Origin: Camelus dromedarius
Lineage: Eukaryota
NCBI RefSeq assembly: GCF_036321535.1
Contig: NC_087437.1
Span: forward strand, 91,948,001 to 92,012,000
DNA: 64,000 bases
Direction of reading: 5' to 3'
How positions within the stretch are numbered: position 1 is the first letter of the stretch; every line of letters starts with the position of its first letter. Shown here one piece after another: positions 39,414-53,068 of the stretch. The notes under the pieces were generated by a model. It was not told where the DNA came from. It worked only from the letters and a program-made list of their open reading frames with translations, and made no database searches. Made by a program: the position numbers and the translations under genes.

Positions 39414-39729
39414 ACAGATATCTTTTTAAAGAATCTAGTATTGCCGTCTCTAGTCATAAAATTGATTGCACTAACTGAAGTAAAATGATAATCAAATCAC
39501 ATGAGACCTTGTCTGTCTAATTATAACCAGTAGTGATACCAGTGGGATTTAGCTGCAGTTTCATTGGCTTCTTATGCCTGAGTATATCCATGACCCAATC
39601 TCATATTTTTCTCCATCTTTGGAGACATCCTTTATACTTTTTGTCATTTTTACCGTTATTATTTTTAAAAGTTCTTATATGGTCTGATCAGGAACTCACA
39701 ATCTGTTACCTGCAAAATTCCCTGTAACC

Positions 39730-40430
39730 TTTATCTGAAACCTAACTTTCCCCGAGGACTCTGCTTCTTCTGTACCTATTTCAATTGTGACTGTTTTCTT
39801 GATTTTATTTGTCTACCTTTGGTGTCTAGGTGAGGAAGATGTACTTATTTCTTATTGCTGCTTCCAGATTGATATTCATTCTTCCCATCAAAATACCACT
39901 CTTTCTATGAAGTTTGTAACATTAGAGTATACTTTCTCTTACTCTTTCCAATTGTTGTCATCTATAGAACTCTCTGCCATTCCTTGAAGAGTCATTCTTG
40001 TCTCCAACATTATCCTGATCTACATCTTGGTGACTTTAATATACCCCTATTCAGTCCCTTAAGTGCAATGGCTTTTCATTTCTTTAATGCTATCATCTAC
40101 AATGCTCTACTCTTTACCCTTCTTCAATCATGCACCTTATCCTTCTTCAGCATCCTGACTTTGCCATTAAGCATTAAACATCATCTATAATGTCAATTAT
40201 AATTTCACTTTTTGATATCCATTTATCTTTACTTTCTCTTTTTCTTTAATGTTGTCAACCTAACAATTTTTGACTTCTAATTTATTGACCATAACACTCT
40301 TACACTTTTTCCTCATTTCTTTAATAATCTTGCTTTCTTCTTAGCCAGGTTAGATTGCTGTCATCTGATGGACATGCCCTCAAAATTTATGACCTCACCA
40401 ATTGTATCACACTTGGCCTGGCAAAAACAC
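39730..40430 (+). mobile_element. L2 ORF relic including AP-endonuclease motifs
   Basis: VVIYR (gttgtcatctataga, about 39954) and LGDFNI (about 40027) in pyrimidine-rich sequence. Confidence 0.6.
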
Positions 40431-41390
40431 AAAGATGGTCTGCAATCTATCACATTATTAGAGACTGAGGAAAGTGAAAGTGCAGGAAAAAGAGAAAACA
40501 AGTTCACAATGTTCTGAGTGGGTGAAAGTTAATGCCAATGCATGGTATAAATAATTGGAAGTGATGTCTTTACCAAAAAAAAAAAAACAGTTAATATAGA
40601 CTAATAGGAGGGGAGGAGGAATATATGAGCATAAAATCAGAGACTGAAGGAAAAGAATATTTCATATAATTTGTGAGAAATATGATTTGGTGGTAAATTT
40701 CTAATGTTTAGGGTTTAAAGAGTACATTTATAGAGTGGAGCTATTTGACATTGCTATGTACAAATTATCCATAATGTTTGATGACCTGGGAACAGAAAAC
40801 TTCAAATTGTTGAGACTACCTGGAGTTTGTGGATCAGGAATAAATATGACAAAAATTACAAAATGTAAGCATTATAGAATATTGGTAAAAACAAACAAAC
40901 ACAAAAAACACTCTATAATTTAACCCATGAAATTCAATCATAATTGGGAGAAAAGTGAAATTGAACATTGATAATTTGACAGAAATAATAACAAAAATTA
41001 AGTAACAGCATTCAGAACACTAAAGGTCAAGAGAGTGTGTTATTGCAATGATCTAAATGAATTTTGCCTCCACCCCTCACTATAATACATTTACCTAAGC
41101 TCTGTCAAACCTTTGTCTTATGGCAGCTGCACTCTCAACCAATGATTGACAAGAATCAGTTTCAATTTGCTGCTTTCCTAGCAAACTAGATTTGTGAATT
41201 ACTTGAATGGAGACCATATTTTATACAATGATGTAAAAAATTCACAATTTTTCTGTCTGGCAATATTGACACTGTATAGAAAGAAAATCACATGGTTCAT
41301 AATTTGACCTTAAAGTATCTCAAAGCCTAAGTTTAGAATTGGAAAAAGGATGATTCATCCGCATACCTTACTTAATAAAGTCTGTATGTA

Positions 41391-42314
41391 GCTGGCACAT
41401 GAAAAGATGTGCAACATCACTAATCATCAGGGAAATGCAAATCAAAACCACAGTGAGATCCTGCCTCACACCTATCAGAATGGCTATCATCCAAAAGAAC
41501 AAAATGACAAATGCTGGTGAGGATGAAGAGAAAAGGGACACTTGTACATTGCTGGTGGGAATGTAACTTGGTATGACTACTATAGGAAACTGTGGAGTTT
41601 CCTCAAAAAAACTAAAAATAGAGTCACCATATGACCCAGGAATTCCACTCCTGTGTATATGTATCTGGAAAAAAACCCACTAATTTGAAAAGATACCAGC
41701 ACCCCAATGTTCATAGCAGCATTATTTACAATTGCCAAGATATGGAAGCAACCTAACTGTCCATCCACAGACGAATGGATAAAGAAGATGTGGAATATAT
41801 ATGTCATATGTATATATGTAATATATAAATATTTTATTTTATATATATCATATATATATATATAATGAAATATTACTCAGCCATAAGAAGTATGAAATTT
41901 GACCATTTGCAGCAACATGGATGGATGGACTTTGAGAGTATTATGCTAAATAGAATAAATCAGACAGAAAAACAAATACCATATGATATTACTTATATGT
42001 GGAATCTAAAAAATATACAAAAAAACTAATGAATATTACAAAAAAGAGGCAGACTCACAGATAGAAAGAACAAACTAGTTAGTGGTTACCAGTGGAGAGA
42101 GGGAAGGGGGAGGAGCACAAGGGTAAGGGTAGAGGATTACGAGGTATAAACTATTATGTATAAAATAAGCTACAAGGATATATTATACAACACAGAAAAT
42201 ATAACCAATATTTTATAATAAGTATACACAGAGTATAACCTTTAAAAATTGTGAATCACTGTATTTTACACCTGTAACATGTAATATTGTACATCAACTA
42301 TACTTCAATAAAAA
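41391..42314 (+). mobile_element. 5'-truncated LINE-1 with complete 3'UTR
   Basis: ORF2 C-terminus through ...caactatacttcaataaaaa. Degenerate TSD aaagtctgtatgta (41377) / aaagactttatgga (42312), 11 of 14 identical. Confidence 0.92.
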
Positions 42315-43279
42315 GACTTTATGGATATTATTGAGTATATTCAATATTATAATGTCACCCATTATGAACTACCAAATTCATCATGAACCTAGTTGAATTC
42401 ACTTAGCATGTTTGGGCTAACAATAACTTTAAAGAGAGACAAAGTTCACAAAAGCACTCATAAAACTTTTTCAAAAGTCATGTTTTCTAACAAGTTATAT
42501 TTTTTACCTTGAGCACACTTGAAAATTTAGCACACTGAAATGTAGCCTTCATCAAAGGCAGCTTCCCTGGTTCTGATCTACATTAGTCCAAGTTCCAGTG
42601 GTAATTATTAGAGATGGGTCATTTAACTGGCCTGTAATTAGAATACCAATGAGCCAGTTCTCTTCGAAAATTTCCCTCTTGTAGATAGACACCTCTTCAG
42701 TTTGAATATTTTAGCCATAAAAAGCTGCTCTCTACACAAGATCTATTATTTGCCAGCTTGAAAAAGGAAAATGCGTATGCAGGCTTTCCTTAATAGCCCC
42801 ACAGGAAAACCGCCCAAGGTATTCTAATGCATTTACTCTAGCCATTAGATAGAACTGATACCCTGAGCTTACATGGTTGATGGGCCAAACTTTTCTGAGC
42901 AAAGAGTTTGATTTTAAGGAGTGAGGAGGAGGGTGATTATGATACACGGTATCATTATGCATTGGAGCTAGAATCTAGGGTAGATGTTATGTTGGAATGG
43001 TAGTTCTTGTGGGATTGGTGGGAAAAGAAGTTTAGCGAGCAATAATTAAGAGAATCTACCTCATAAATCAGATTTGAGAAATATTTGAGTCAAATCTCAA
43101 TAAATTTATTTTCTCTAAATATTCAATACTATAGAGTTATGAGCTCTTGAAGAAAAAATATATTGAAAGGAAAGTGTATATATATATTGCTCAGAATGAT
43201 TTTTCACAATAATAGTTTCCAGGCTAAATTCTCTACACATTCTCTTTCTCTCCTTCCTTTTTTCTCTCCCTCCCTCCCT

Positions 43280-43283
<4 letters not shown>

Positions 43284-43347
<64 letters not shown>
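43284..43347. repeat. (GT)32 microsatellite preceded by a polypyrimidine tract
   Basis: Directly visible. Confidence 0.98.
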
Positions 43348-43350
<3 letters not shown>

Positions 43351-43661
43351 GCTCTTTTGCTTCAGTCTTAAACACAGTGAAGCGGGGACAAAAGAAAAAT
43401 GGTTGGAGTCCACTCATTCTAAAGGTGGCATCTAATTCAATTTATACAGACTATGTTGTAGCCTCATCCCTGTCATGTCCAAATCCAGGTTTTACCCTTC
43501 TAGTTGGTCCTGTGACCCTCTCATACCAACACCACCACCACCACCTCATCATCTTTCATAGATTTCCCTGTTGCATAAGTTAACTGGAGCCATACTCTTT
43601 CTTTCTAACAAACCGAATAGTCTCAGTGACAGCTTAGTCTCTGACTGGCTGGTTATATATC

Positions 43662-44092
43662 TTTTTTTTTTTTAATTGAATGTGTCAATTTCTGGTGTAT
43701 AGCACAATGTCCCAGTCATGCATATGCATACAAATAATCACTTTCACATTCTTTTTCATCAAAGGTCATTACAAGATATTGAATATAGTTCCCTGTGCTA
43801 TACAAAAGAAATTTGTTTTTTATTTATTTTTATATATAGTGGCTAACATTTGCAAATCTCAAAGTCTCAAATTTACTCCTTTCCTGGTAACCATGAGATT
43901 GTTTACTATTACTGTTTACTGTGAGTCTGTTTCTGTTTTTAATGAGTTCATTAGTGTCCTCTTTTTTTCTTTTTTTTTTTAGATTCCACATATGAGTGAT
44001 ATCACATGGTATTTTTCTTTCTCTTTCTGGCTTACTTCACTTAGAATGACGAGCTCTAGGTCCATCCATGCTGCTGCAAATGGAATTATTTT
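43662..44092 (-). mobile_element. Young-type L1 3' end with poly(A) tail
   Basis: Poly-T, then caagatattgaatatagttccctgtgctatac ... agattccacatatgagtgatatc ... aggtccatccatgctgctgcaaatgg. Confidence 0.9.
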
Positions 44093-44904
44093 ACATACAT
44101 TTTTAATACCATGTAAAATGAATACCTATGTCCACCTTTGGGGCATTAGTGGAGTAGATCTTTTCTCAAAAAATCTTTCTGTAATTTGAATGGCTATAGA
44201 CAGAATGAGACATTACCTAGCATAAGGGTAGGTTGTATAACAAAATCAACATCTTACTTTTCTATTATGGTTCTAACATAATTGTGGTAACTCAGTTTAT
44301 TTGCTGCACATAATATAACACTTGCTACTCCATTTGCTTAAGAATTTATCATGGCCTTTGAAAAACTGATCAAGATGGCTTAATTTATTCAATTTAACCT
44401 TCAGTCTAAAATACATTTTTTACAAAAAGAGATTTAAGATTTTCTAATTGAAAAGAGTGAAAAAATACATTATTTTGAAGTATTCCAGAAATCAGAAAGC
44501 AAAAAAAAAAAAAAAATCTAACTGTATAAACCAAAGCAACAGTTCTAGGAACAGCTAAAGGGAGTGGGGGGGGGGGGTGGATTTGAGCTAGATTTATAAA
44601 GATGCATTCCTAATAAAATCCTGCATAATTATTATCTATTTCAATGAGTTATTCTATCTTTCCCCCTAAAGGCTATTTTGCAAGCACATATAAAATTCTG
44701 AAAGGATATCCTTTCTTCCCGTATACTACCTAGTTCTTCTGATGACAACTCAGAAAAGGTGACTGCAGGGATTCTCTTGGCAATACACTCTGTTTGAAAG
44801 TTTTACTTTATCTAAGTCAAATCCCTCATGGTGAATGTCAGGCATATGCCCTCATTTTGTCTCCAGTAGGAGGAAAATTCTTAAAATACACTTTTTCAAA
44901 AACA

Positions 44905-45152
44905 GTTGTAATACTATAATGGTTAAGAGCACCTGTTTCTTGAGTCAGAACCTTACGTCTGTCTCATGTTATCTTTATATTTTGTGCAATCTGTTTCACT
45001 GATTGAAGCATCCATTTCTCATATATAAGGCACAAATACTAAAGGCATCTACTACATTCAAGAATTGCTGTTACTATCAATTGATAAAATACACGTAAAA
45101 TTGTCAGCACACTGCCTGGCATCAGTATGTACTACTCAGTAAGTGTTTGCTG
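44905..45152 (+). mobile_element. MIR SINE
   Basis: taatggttaagagcac head and cacactgcctggcatc...ctcagtaagtgtt tail. Confidence 0.75.
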
Positions 45153-45752
45153 TAAGTTAATTGTATTTCTGTAACTTATAAATAAAACAGATGAATTGGC
45201 ATACTTTTCGATATTCTAAAAATCATACTCATCTTAAAAAAACAATCTAGAAAATAATGTGTTATTCTGTCAACAACATGTATATTTATTAAGTGCCTCC
45301 TATGTGATAAACACTGTTAGAACTAATAAAATTTCATAGAGGAAGCATAGATCATGGGTGAAATATCTAAATGACAAGTGCTTGCTCTGTAAATATTAAG
45401 AGGAATATCTTTTAATATCTGCTAGATCTATTGGTTTTCAATTCTCAAATTTTGAAGAGATAGTAATTTTACAAGAACAGCATAAATTCCTAACCCAATA
45501 TTCTCTTCTAAACCAAGGGACATCCCACATTTTAGCTGCTGTTAACACTACAAAGCCTTTCTGAACACAAAAGCCCCGAGTGCATGAGATGATTGATGAT
45601 GATACTTCTGATGTTGTAAAGTTGTAATCTGTCTCTTGTTCAAATGGGATGCCAAGACAGCTAATACATTTCCCAACACTGAGAGCAGGGCCTATGGCAC
45701 GTAGAGGGTCAGCTGAAAGAGAATAGCTTCCTTCTCTGAGATTGCTCGAGTA

Positions 45753-46039
45753 CAGGTCCAAAATCCCTAATCTACAATGTGTTTTTCTTAAATTTGTTGC
45801 AATCTCATCTGGCAGCCAAACCTGATGTGAGTGATGGGAGAAAGTGATCGTCTTTGGTCTATAGTCCTTGTGGTGAATAGCATATTGATATTTTTCTGTT
45901 AGAGTGTGCTGCTGTAGACCCCCATGAGAGCGTTACACAATATCCAGTCTACACACTGCATTGCCCTTAAAAAGTGAAAAATGCTTAACTCTGAAGTATC
46001 ACTGAACTTGGGGGTTCTAAACAAGTAACTGTGGACTTG
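45753..46039 (-). mobile_element. MER46C-like TcMar-Tigger MITE
   Basis: TA then caggtccaaaatccct ... aactgtggacttg imperfect terminal inverted repeats. The body resembles reverse MER46C. Confidence 0.75.
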
Positions 46040-47959
46040 TTTTGAGAAACTGGAAGAGCTGTTTTCTTCTAAATTTTACTTTCCTCATATTCATCAGTCA
46101 CTACGTGAGTATGCTGATTTAAATATATTTCATATATATATACACACATATGTATGTTTTACATATTTTAATAAGTTGTCATTTAAAATGAGTTAAAATA
46201 GATAATTTTATGGTTCAAGAAACCCAATAATAAACTCCTTTTTTGAAAATTCATATTATTATTTTCTTCTGACTATTATAAATGTGATTGATACATTAAA
46301 AAATTTATTTCTAGGATTTTTAGTAAAATAGAACTATTTTTTTTATACCCTGATAGTTTATACTTTGTCTTTTGTGACTAATTTACTAATATAATTTGCC
46401 CTGCTTTGGGTAAATAGCCATTTCTCAGTCTTTTTATTTTACAGTTACATTACCTTAGTATTTATGTTACTATTCTAAAATAGTATTTTTGAATACTGCT
46501 ATTCACTATAAATAGAAAAAAAAGACTTTAAAAATGTTTGTTAATTCTTCCTATAAAGTTATATTTTCAAGTTTCTACACAAATTTCAGCTAGTCACAAA
46601 TAGTTTTCCTACTTTACAGGGTAAAAATTGCCAACTTTAGCTATTTTAACAACATTGATGTTTACTCTTGTGTAAACCATGAAATGAAAGAATTATATTT
46701 TTCCCCAAATAATTAATTTCCCAGGAGTCTTTACTTAGTCTTCATTTAGAGTATTTATTTAATTAAATCACAATATTTATTAAATTAGGACAGACGGTGC
46801 TGATGGGCTTTATCCTGGATGCCAATTTTGATCAAAAGGCAATGACTCTGAATATGCAATATTGAGAGAGCAGCTGAAGTTCATGTAAAGACTCAGTGGC
46901 AGAAAGTGCCAGGATGGATTATCCAAACCTCCATTGATGAAGGATCAGAAAATACTGGCACATTTATGTGTATCTAAGCACATAAAGAAGGGTTTTATTT
47001 CTGCCTCATTTCTCCTGAACTTTTGATTAGTCTCAAATCTCCTGCCAGCACTACATTAAATTTTCTGTTTTATTTTAATATCTAGTATTAAAATTATCAC
47101 ATTGTTTTTTCTTTTCCTCAAACTTTCCATTCAGGTCTCACATTTCATAGTTTTAAGTAAACCTGAGAATAATAATATGTGTTGTAATATGTTATTAATA
47201 ATGTATAATAGAAAATTCAATTGAAATACCTTTGAATCTGTTAATTCCTGGAAAACTGCCATCCCTACAAGATTTAGTATACAAATATTCATAATATTTT
47301 GTTTCTCAGCAAATTGTAGGTGTTGTACAGATGCTATTAATTTTACTTCACTTATACTTCTCATAATTTATAAGATCTTTTAAGTTATTTTTAAACTAAT
47401 TAACACAGAGAAGTTATGATTTTTTTCCTACCAGTATACATAGGAAAACTACAAAGTCTATTGTTTGGTCATTTTCCGTCTAGTAAATTTACTAAATGTT
47501 TTATATTTCAGTTGAATGTATTTAGTTTACAAAGTAAATATTCATATTTTTTGTAAGATGTCATTTTGCCACTTTCTGTCCATTTTTCTCCATATTCTCA
47601 ATTATTAGGACTAAAAAATCCTAATTATTTTTGTTAAAATAATAATACCAATAATGATAGCTTTGTTTACCTTCCTCCTTATTTAAATTGAGAAGACCAG
47701 AATGATTTATGGCAAAACATACTAATCTGAAGGACATATTTTATTCTATTACAAATTTCAGTTTGAGAAGCTTTAGTAGATTATATCAAAAGATGTTAAG
47801 AATTACACATCATGATGCTGTGTCATTTTTCCTCCTTAGCTTAATAATTTAGTACTGTTCTTTCTATATATCTACTACTGTTTATATAAACCAACACACG
47901 ATAGTCAAGTAAAAACTATATATGTTTTATATATATTTCTAAATATATATATCTGCTAC

Positions 47960-48445
47960 CTGCTTTTTAGTTAACCACCTCTTCCTTCCATGCTCTGCCA
48001 AACTAGAAATAATCTGTGTGTTCTGTCTCTCCTCAGAGGTGTTGGATATTCCCTGGAATTCAGTCCTTTTAGTTGCATGGTGTCCTTAACTCTCTGATGG
48101 GTTCAAATAAGTTATGATTCTGTAGATTATTTGGATCTTGCCTCATTATTAGAATAGGCACAATATTGTGTTTTCTGTATCTGAAGCAGAACTATACACA
48201 ATTATGATCTCTCATTTTTCATTAAAATTTAGTTCAAATTATTCTCTAATTTTCATTGGGATTTGTTATTACCCATGGTTGAGCTATTTAGGAAATTGTT
48301 ATTTAATTCTAAAATATATGAAGATTTTAAAATTGTATTTGAGTTTGTTTTCATTTCTGAATTAATTCCACCATGCATTTCAATGCTTTTATATTTGTTG
48401 AGACTGTTTTTTAAGAGTATATGACTAAATTTTGTAATTATTTGC
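47960..48445 (-). mobile_element. Ancient L1 5'-end and ORF2 fragments
   Basis: ctctctgatgggttcaaataagttatgatt and tttatatttgttgagactgttt. Confidence 0.55.
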
Positions 48446-48459
48446 TGTGTGCTTAATCA

Positions 48460-48562
48460 TTATATATGTGTTTGTATACATTGATATACACACATATATA
48501 TACTTACATGTATATATACATATATATACACACATACACACATATGTTCAATTACATACACA
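48460..48562. repeat. Degenerate (TA)/(CA) low-complexity tract
   Basis: Directly visible. Confidence 0.8.
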
Positions 48563-48970
48563 AAGAGGAGAGAAAGAGATTGGGAAGGATTGCCATCGTA
48601 ATCCAACAAACAGGCAAAATTTTGTATGTGAATAATTACTACGTTACATGGCTTTTACTTTCTAGACAATGCAGTCAAGATGTCATGCCATTTAATGAAT
48701 TAAACTACCAAACTGCTTTTTATGATATGTGAGTACACTTATACACTGAGTAAAACAATGTCATAATTATTATTTGTAAGATCTCTGACAAAAGTTGAAA
48801 ATAAAACTGACAATGGAATTTGTTTATACTTGGAACACAAATTTAAAAAATAGCACAATATGGATTACTCCCTATAACTAATTGTATTCTTTGGTTTCCT
48901 ATGGTTTAGTAAGAGTTAATAAATCTTTTTCCTAAGCTAATTCAAGTTGAGTTTTTGTTTGTTTGTTTCC

Positions 48971-49183
48971 TTTTTTTAATTGAAGTATAGTCAGTTGCAC
49001 TGTATCAGTTCCTTGTGGACAGCATAATATTTCAGTTATATATATATACATACATATATTTGTTTTCATATTCTTTTTCATTATAGGATACTACAAGGTT
49101 ATTGAATATATTTTCCAGTGCTATACGGGAGAAGTTTGTTTTTTATCTATTTTACATGTAGCAGTTAATATTTGCAAATCTCG
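48971..49183 (-). mobile_element. Young-type L1 3' end, apparently inserted in an MLT1 LTR terminus
   Basis: ttttttttaattgaagtatagtcagtt...tttgcaaatctcga. MLT-like aataaatctttttcctaagc lies to the left and ggcaaccaaaa to the right. Confidence 0.8.
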
Positions 49184-49899
49184 ATTGGCAACCAAAATGA
49201 AAGGGAGTGCTATTGCTAATTTATACTCAGAAATAGGCATAATCCCAAACTGTTCAGGGGAAACTAGAATGACTTTCCATTTTACCTGTAATCAAACTTA
49301 CAGATAACTCTATTAGTGGCAATGACATATTTTGCCACCAGTTTGAATAATACTCCTGCATGTACTAAAGAAACATCCATATGTACAAATAGAAGTTGCC
49401 TAACTTAATAAATCTTACTTCAAATGAACTCACAAATGAGACATTTGTCTTTTCTGCTTCCTATTTCCTCTTCTTCTGTCTTTAAAATTCATGTCAGCAT
49501 TCTTTCTAGTAAATTCCTTTGATTACTATAATTCAAGAAGACCAAAACTATCTAGGAACACTATTATTCAAGCAGACTCTTGCTATGTATGGAGGTAGGA
49601 TAAGAGACTATTAAGATCCATTCCAATTCCAAAAATCTTAATAAAATTTTCATTAAGGTGATTAACAGGCATTCTGAAATTATACATTAGAAACTAAACA
49701 ACAGAATCAACAATGTACTAGCTAATTACATGCACAGTCAAATCAAATACCACATGTCTTTAAACTCAGCAGGAAGTAACAAAATAACTGAATAATTGAA
49801 AGTCTGCAATGTGCCAGTTGCCGTTTTTAGCACTTAACGTATGACTCAGAAAGTCTCAGGGTCACCATATTTCAAAGGTCCTGGGGACATCATTTACAT

Positions 49900-50165
49900 A
49901 AATACATGTGAATAGCACTTTTAGAGTTATGCAATTGTGTGGTCTTACTTAAGCTTCCTAAAAATCCTGTAAATTGGTCCTCCTATCATTTTCACCTTAT
50001 GAATTAGTGCAATGAAAAAAAAATTAAGTAACTTGTTCCAAGTATTTCAGCTACTACCTATAGGAGTTGGTTTCAAACCTTACACTGTAACCACATTCAT
50101 TCATCAAAAATTATTGAGTACATCCTCCAGTCAAGGCACTATCTAAGCACTGAGAATATGATTAG
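49900..50165 (-). mobile_element. MIR relic followed by L2 3' end
   Basis: ttaagtaacttgttccaag (MIR) and cattcattcatcaaaaattattgagtac...aggcactatctaagcactgaga (L2). Confidence 0.65.
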
Positions 50166-52769
50166 GATTTGTTGTTAGAATGGGATCTCTCCCTCTCCTC
50201 TTTCCTCTTCTCTCTGTTCCAGCAAACAAAGTATTGCTAGTATAAAAAAGGAATTTTCTTGAATATGTTTAAAAATCTCATTTAAATATATTCACTATAC
50301 TGAGTCTCTGACTGTAACTCAAAATATAAATACATGATATTTTAGAATTTTATATAGGAAGGATATAGAATTTACATAGGCATAAGCAGTCTCTCAGTTT
50401 TTTCACTTCTGAAATTTCTACTTTAATGTAAAATATTAAATATTACTTAGAGAAAAAATTATATCCTGAGAAACTATCAGTGTAATTGAGGGGAGAAGAA
50501 GTAATGCATGTAAATTTGGTTTTAGTTTATGCTAAGGGATTTGGTAATGGCTTTATTGGAATGTAAAGTGGGATTCCAAGATCATTTATTTAGTAAGAAG
50601 AGATGTCATACAAATCATTATTTGTTATAAATGATACACTATGCTGGAAAAAAACTTGTTTCTTGAAACTGTAATTTGAACAAGTCAGTAACTTCTAAAT
50701 AATGAATCGTTCAAGGGAACAACTGCTAGATATTTCCACTCTGTGATGCCATAGCCATAATTTTTCTAATTTACATGGTGTTTTTCTATAAAAAATACGA
50801 GAAAACAGGCTTTTCTATTTTTTGTAATCATTGCAAGACTGCTTTGGTAGTGTTTAATAGACACTAGTAGATAACATTATCCTTTTCTTCCTCAAAATCT
50901 TTACATAATAAGAATTTATTTGATTCAAAGTGTGATAAATTGTCTGAAACAATATGCTACATTATTGCTGGTATTTGAAAATCTTCCCATAAAATCCATA
51001 AAGGTTTTCTGCAGTCTCTTAAGCATGTATTATTAACCTTTGTATGATTCAGTGCCTGGAAGTTTGTTAGCCACAATACAGACCAACTGCAATTCATTTT
51101 TAGATACATTCAATAACTCAGCTCATTTTTCTTTTCTAATACAAATTAGAAACAGATTATTGGCAATTTACAGTTATTGCACTTTGTCAAATCCCTCATT
51201 GACTATAATTTGTTAAATTTTCACTTAAATGCAGACAGAGTCTGCCTGGAGAAAGTATACCAATGTTTATTTTTCAGGAAGATTATGGAAAAAGTGTAAT
51301 TTAAGGAAATGCAGTGCCTTGATAGTCTACATCCTTGTACAGAAATATTACTTTGGGTAATTTATTAAATACCAATTTAGAAAAAAATACTAGGTGTGCG
51401 ATGTATAACTTAAAGTATTTCCTCATACTCTCAATAATTTATTCAGTATTTTTCACTATATTCATTTTAGAGAGATATAAATACATAAAAGCTTCCAAAA
51501 ATTGTTCTTGTCATTACTATGTGGGATGCATGTTCATACTTTACTTTTCTACCCTCAGCTGTTCCATTTTGTTACATGCTACTTATGACAAATTCATTTC
51601 ATTGTAAATGCCTGTAACAGTTACAGTTATTACTAAAAATATAAACTAGGCCCTTGATAAATACATGTTGAATTGAATTGAATTGAATCATGGATGTTAA
51701 AATTTTTTTTCATTCCCCAGAACAAGAATGTTAATAGTATGCTGCTTCTCAACCCCATAACTTTTTATTCATCTATTAGCCCCAAGTGTTTATTAAACAT
51801 CTATTATCTAGAGAGAAGTCAGATAGAAATTTAGAACACTTGTGAGAATATATAAGATTAGTACATTACTCAAAATGAGTTAGTAACTTTAAAAGAGGAA
51901 AAGGGACATAAGGCATAAAAAGAAAAATGACAACAAAAGGAAATATGCTTGAAAAGTTTATTTCCTATGAGTTTATGGGCTATTGCAGAATATGATTAAA
52001 ATGTTTTTAACTCCAGGGAGAGAAATTAGTTAAATTTGTTGTCATAAAAATAGTTACAGCTGAAAAATGGTAGGTGCCAGAGCCATTCAACATTCAACAA
52101 ATATTTACTGATATTCACTCACCACCTAATAAAAGCTTATAATAACCATCATGTTGATTCACTTCACTAATTCTACTTAAACAGCCAAATGTTGGTTAGT
52201 GAGTCTATTTACTCCACTGTTACCATATACTTCTTTTTTTTTTTTTCCTTTAGGTAAATGCTCTTCATGTAGGTTAATTTAGCTTCCTAATTATTGAAAA
52301 GACTGGTAATGTTTCTGCAATCTATGAATGACATTAATGTTGAAAACTTCTATACATTTAACAACTAAATTTTTAAAGTTAAAAATATTACTCAAATACA
52401 AAATAAGATATATTTTATATTGTTTTATTATTTTACACAATTAATTTTACCTTTGAACTCAAATTCTGAATTTTTTAATGAAGCCAGTAGCCTTATAGAT
52501 TATAACATAGTGCTGCAATTTCATTACTATAAGAGGATACAAAATTCTTAGGTCATCAACACATTCAGTGAATAATATAATAGGCTTATTTCTAAGGTCA
52601 TTCGTTCCATGGATGATTTAATCTCAAATCTCAAACTCTCTGTGGAAGTTCCAGTCATATTGTATAATCTAATTGTTCTCGTGTTAATTTAGTTTCTAAA
52701 TTATTTTCCTATTTTTCTTCCTGTTTAGTTTTGAACAATTTCCCCTTTGAAAATATTTAAAGCAGCTTG

Positions 52770-52990
52770 AAGATACATGCTTCCTGTGTACCTTCTGGCC
52801 GTTTGCTTTTCTTGCACAACATTTTCTAAAGAGATTGATTTGTGTAGCTTTATGTGTGGCTCATTCATTATCTTTGTTGTGTTGCATTCCCTTGTGAGAA
52901 TATGGCACATTTCATTTTCTATTCTCATACAGTTGGATTGTTCTACTTTGAGGCTACTGTAAACTTTGCTCTGATGAATATTCTTATATG
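52770..52990 (-). mobile_element. Ancient L1ME-like fragment
   Basis: gcattcccttgtgagaatatggcac...ttggattgttctactttgaggcta. Confidence 0.55.
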
Positions 52991-53068
52991 TATATGGGCA
53001 TAATTAAGACACTTTTCTTTGTCAGATACACACACACAAAAATCAGCTCCTTTCAGAAGTTGCAAAGG

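Noticed and set aside
43115..43583. ORFs with HT/CV repeats (also 15583-15846, 38249-38591, 48447-48732)
   Set aside because: Read-through of dinucleotide microsatellites.
45585..45612. C/D-box snoRNA (tgatga ... ctga)
   Set aside because: The boxes are only a few nucleotides apart, there is no terminal stem, and the match arises from a short (GAT)n run.
52232..52260. Plus-strand splice acceptor (poly-T then cctttag)
   Set aside because: No convincing open exon or donor follows, and poly-T tracts are frequent here.
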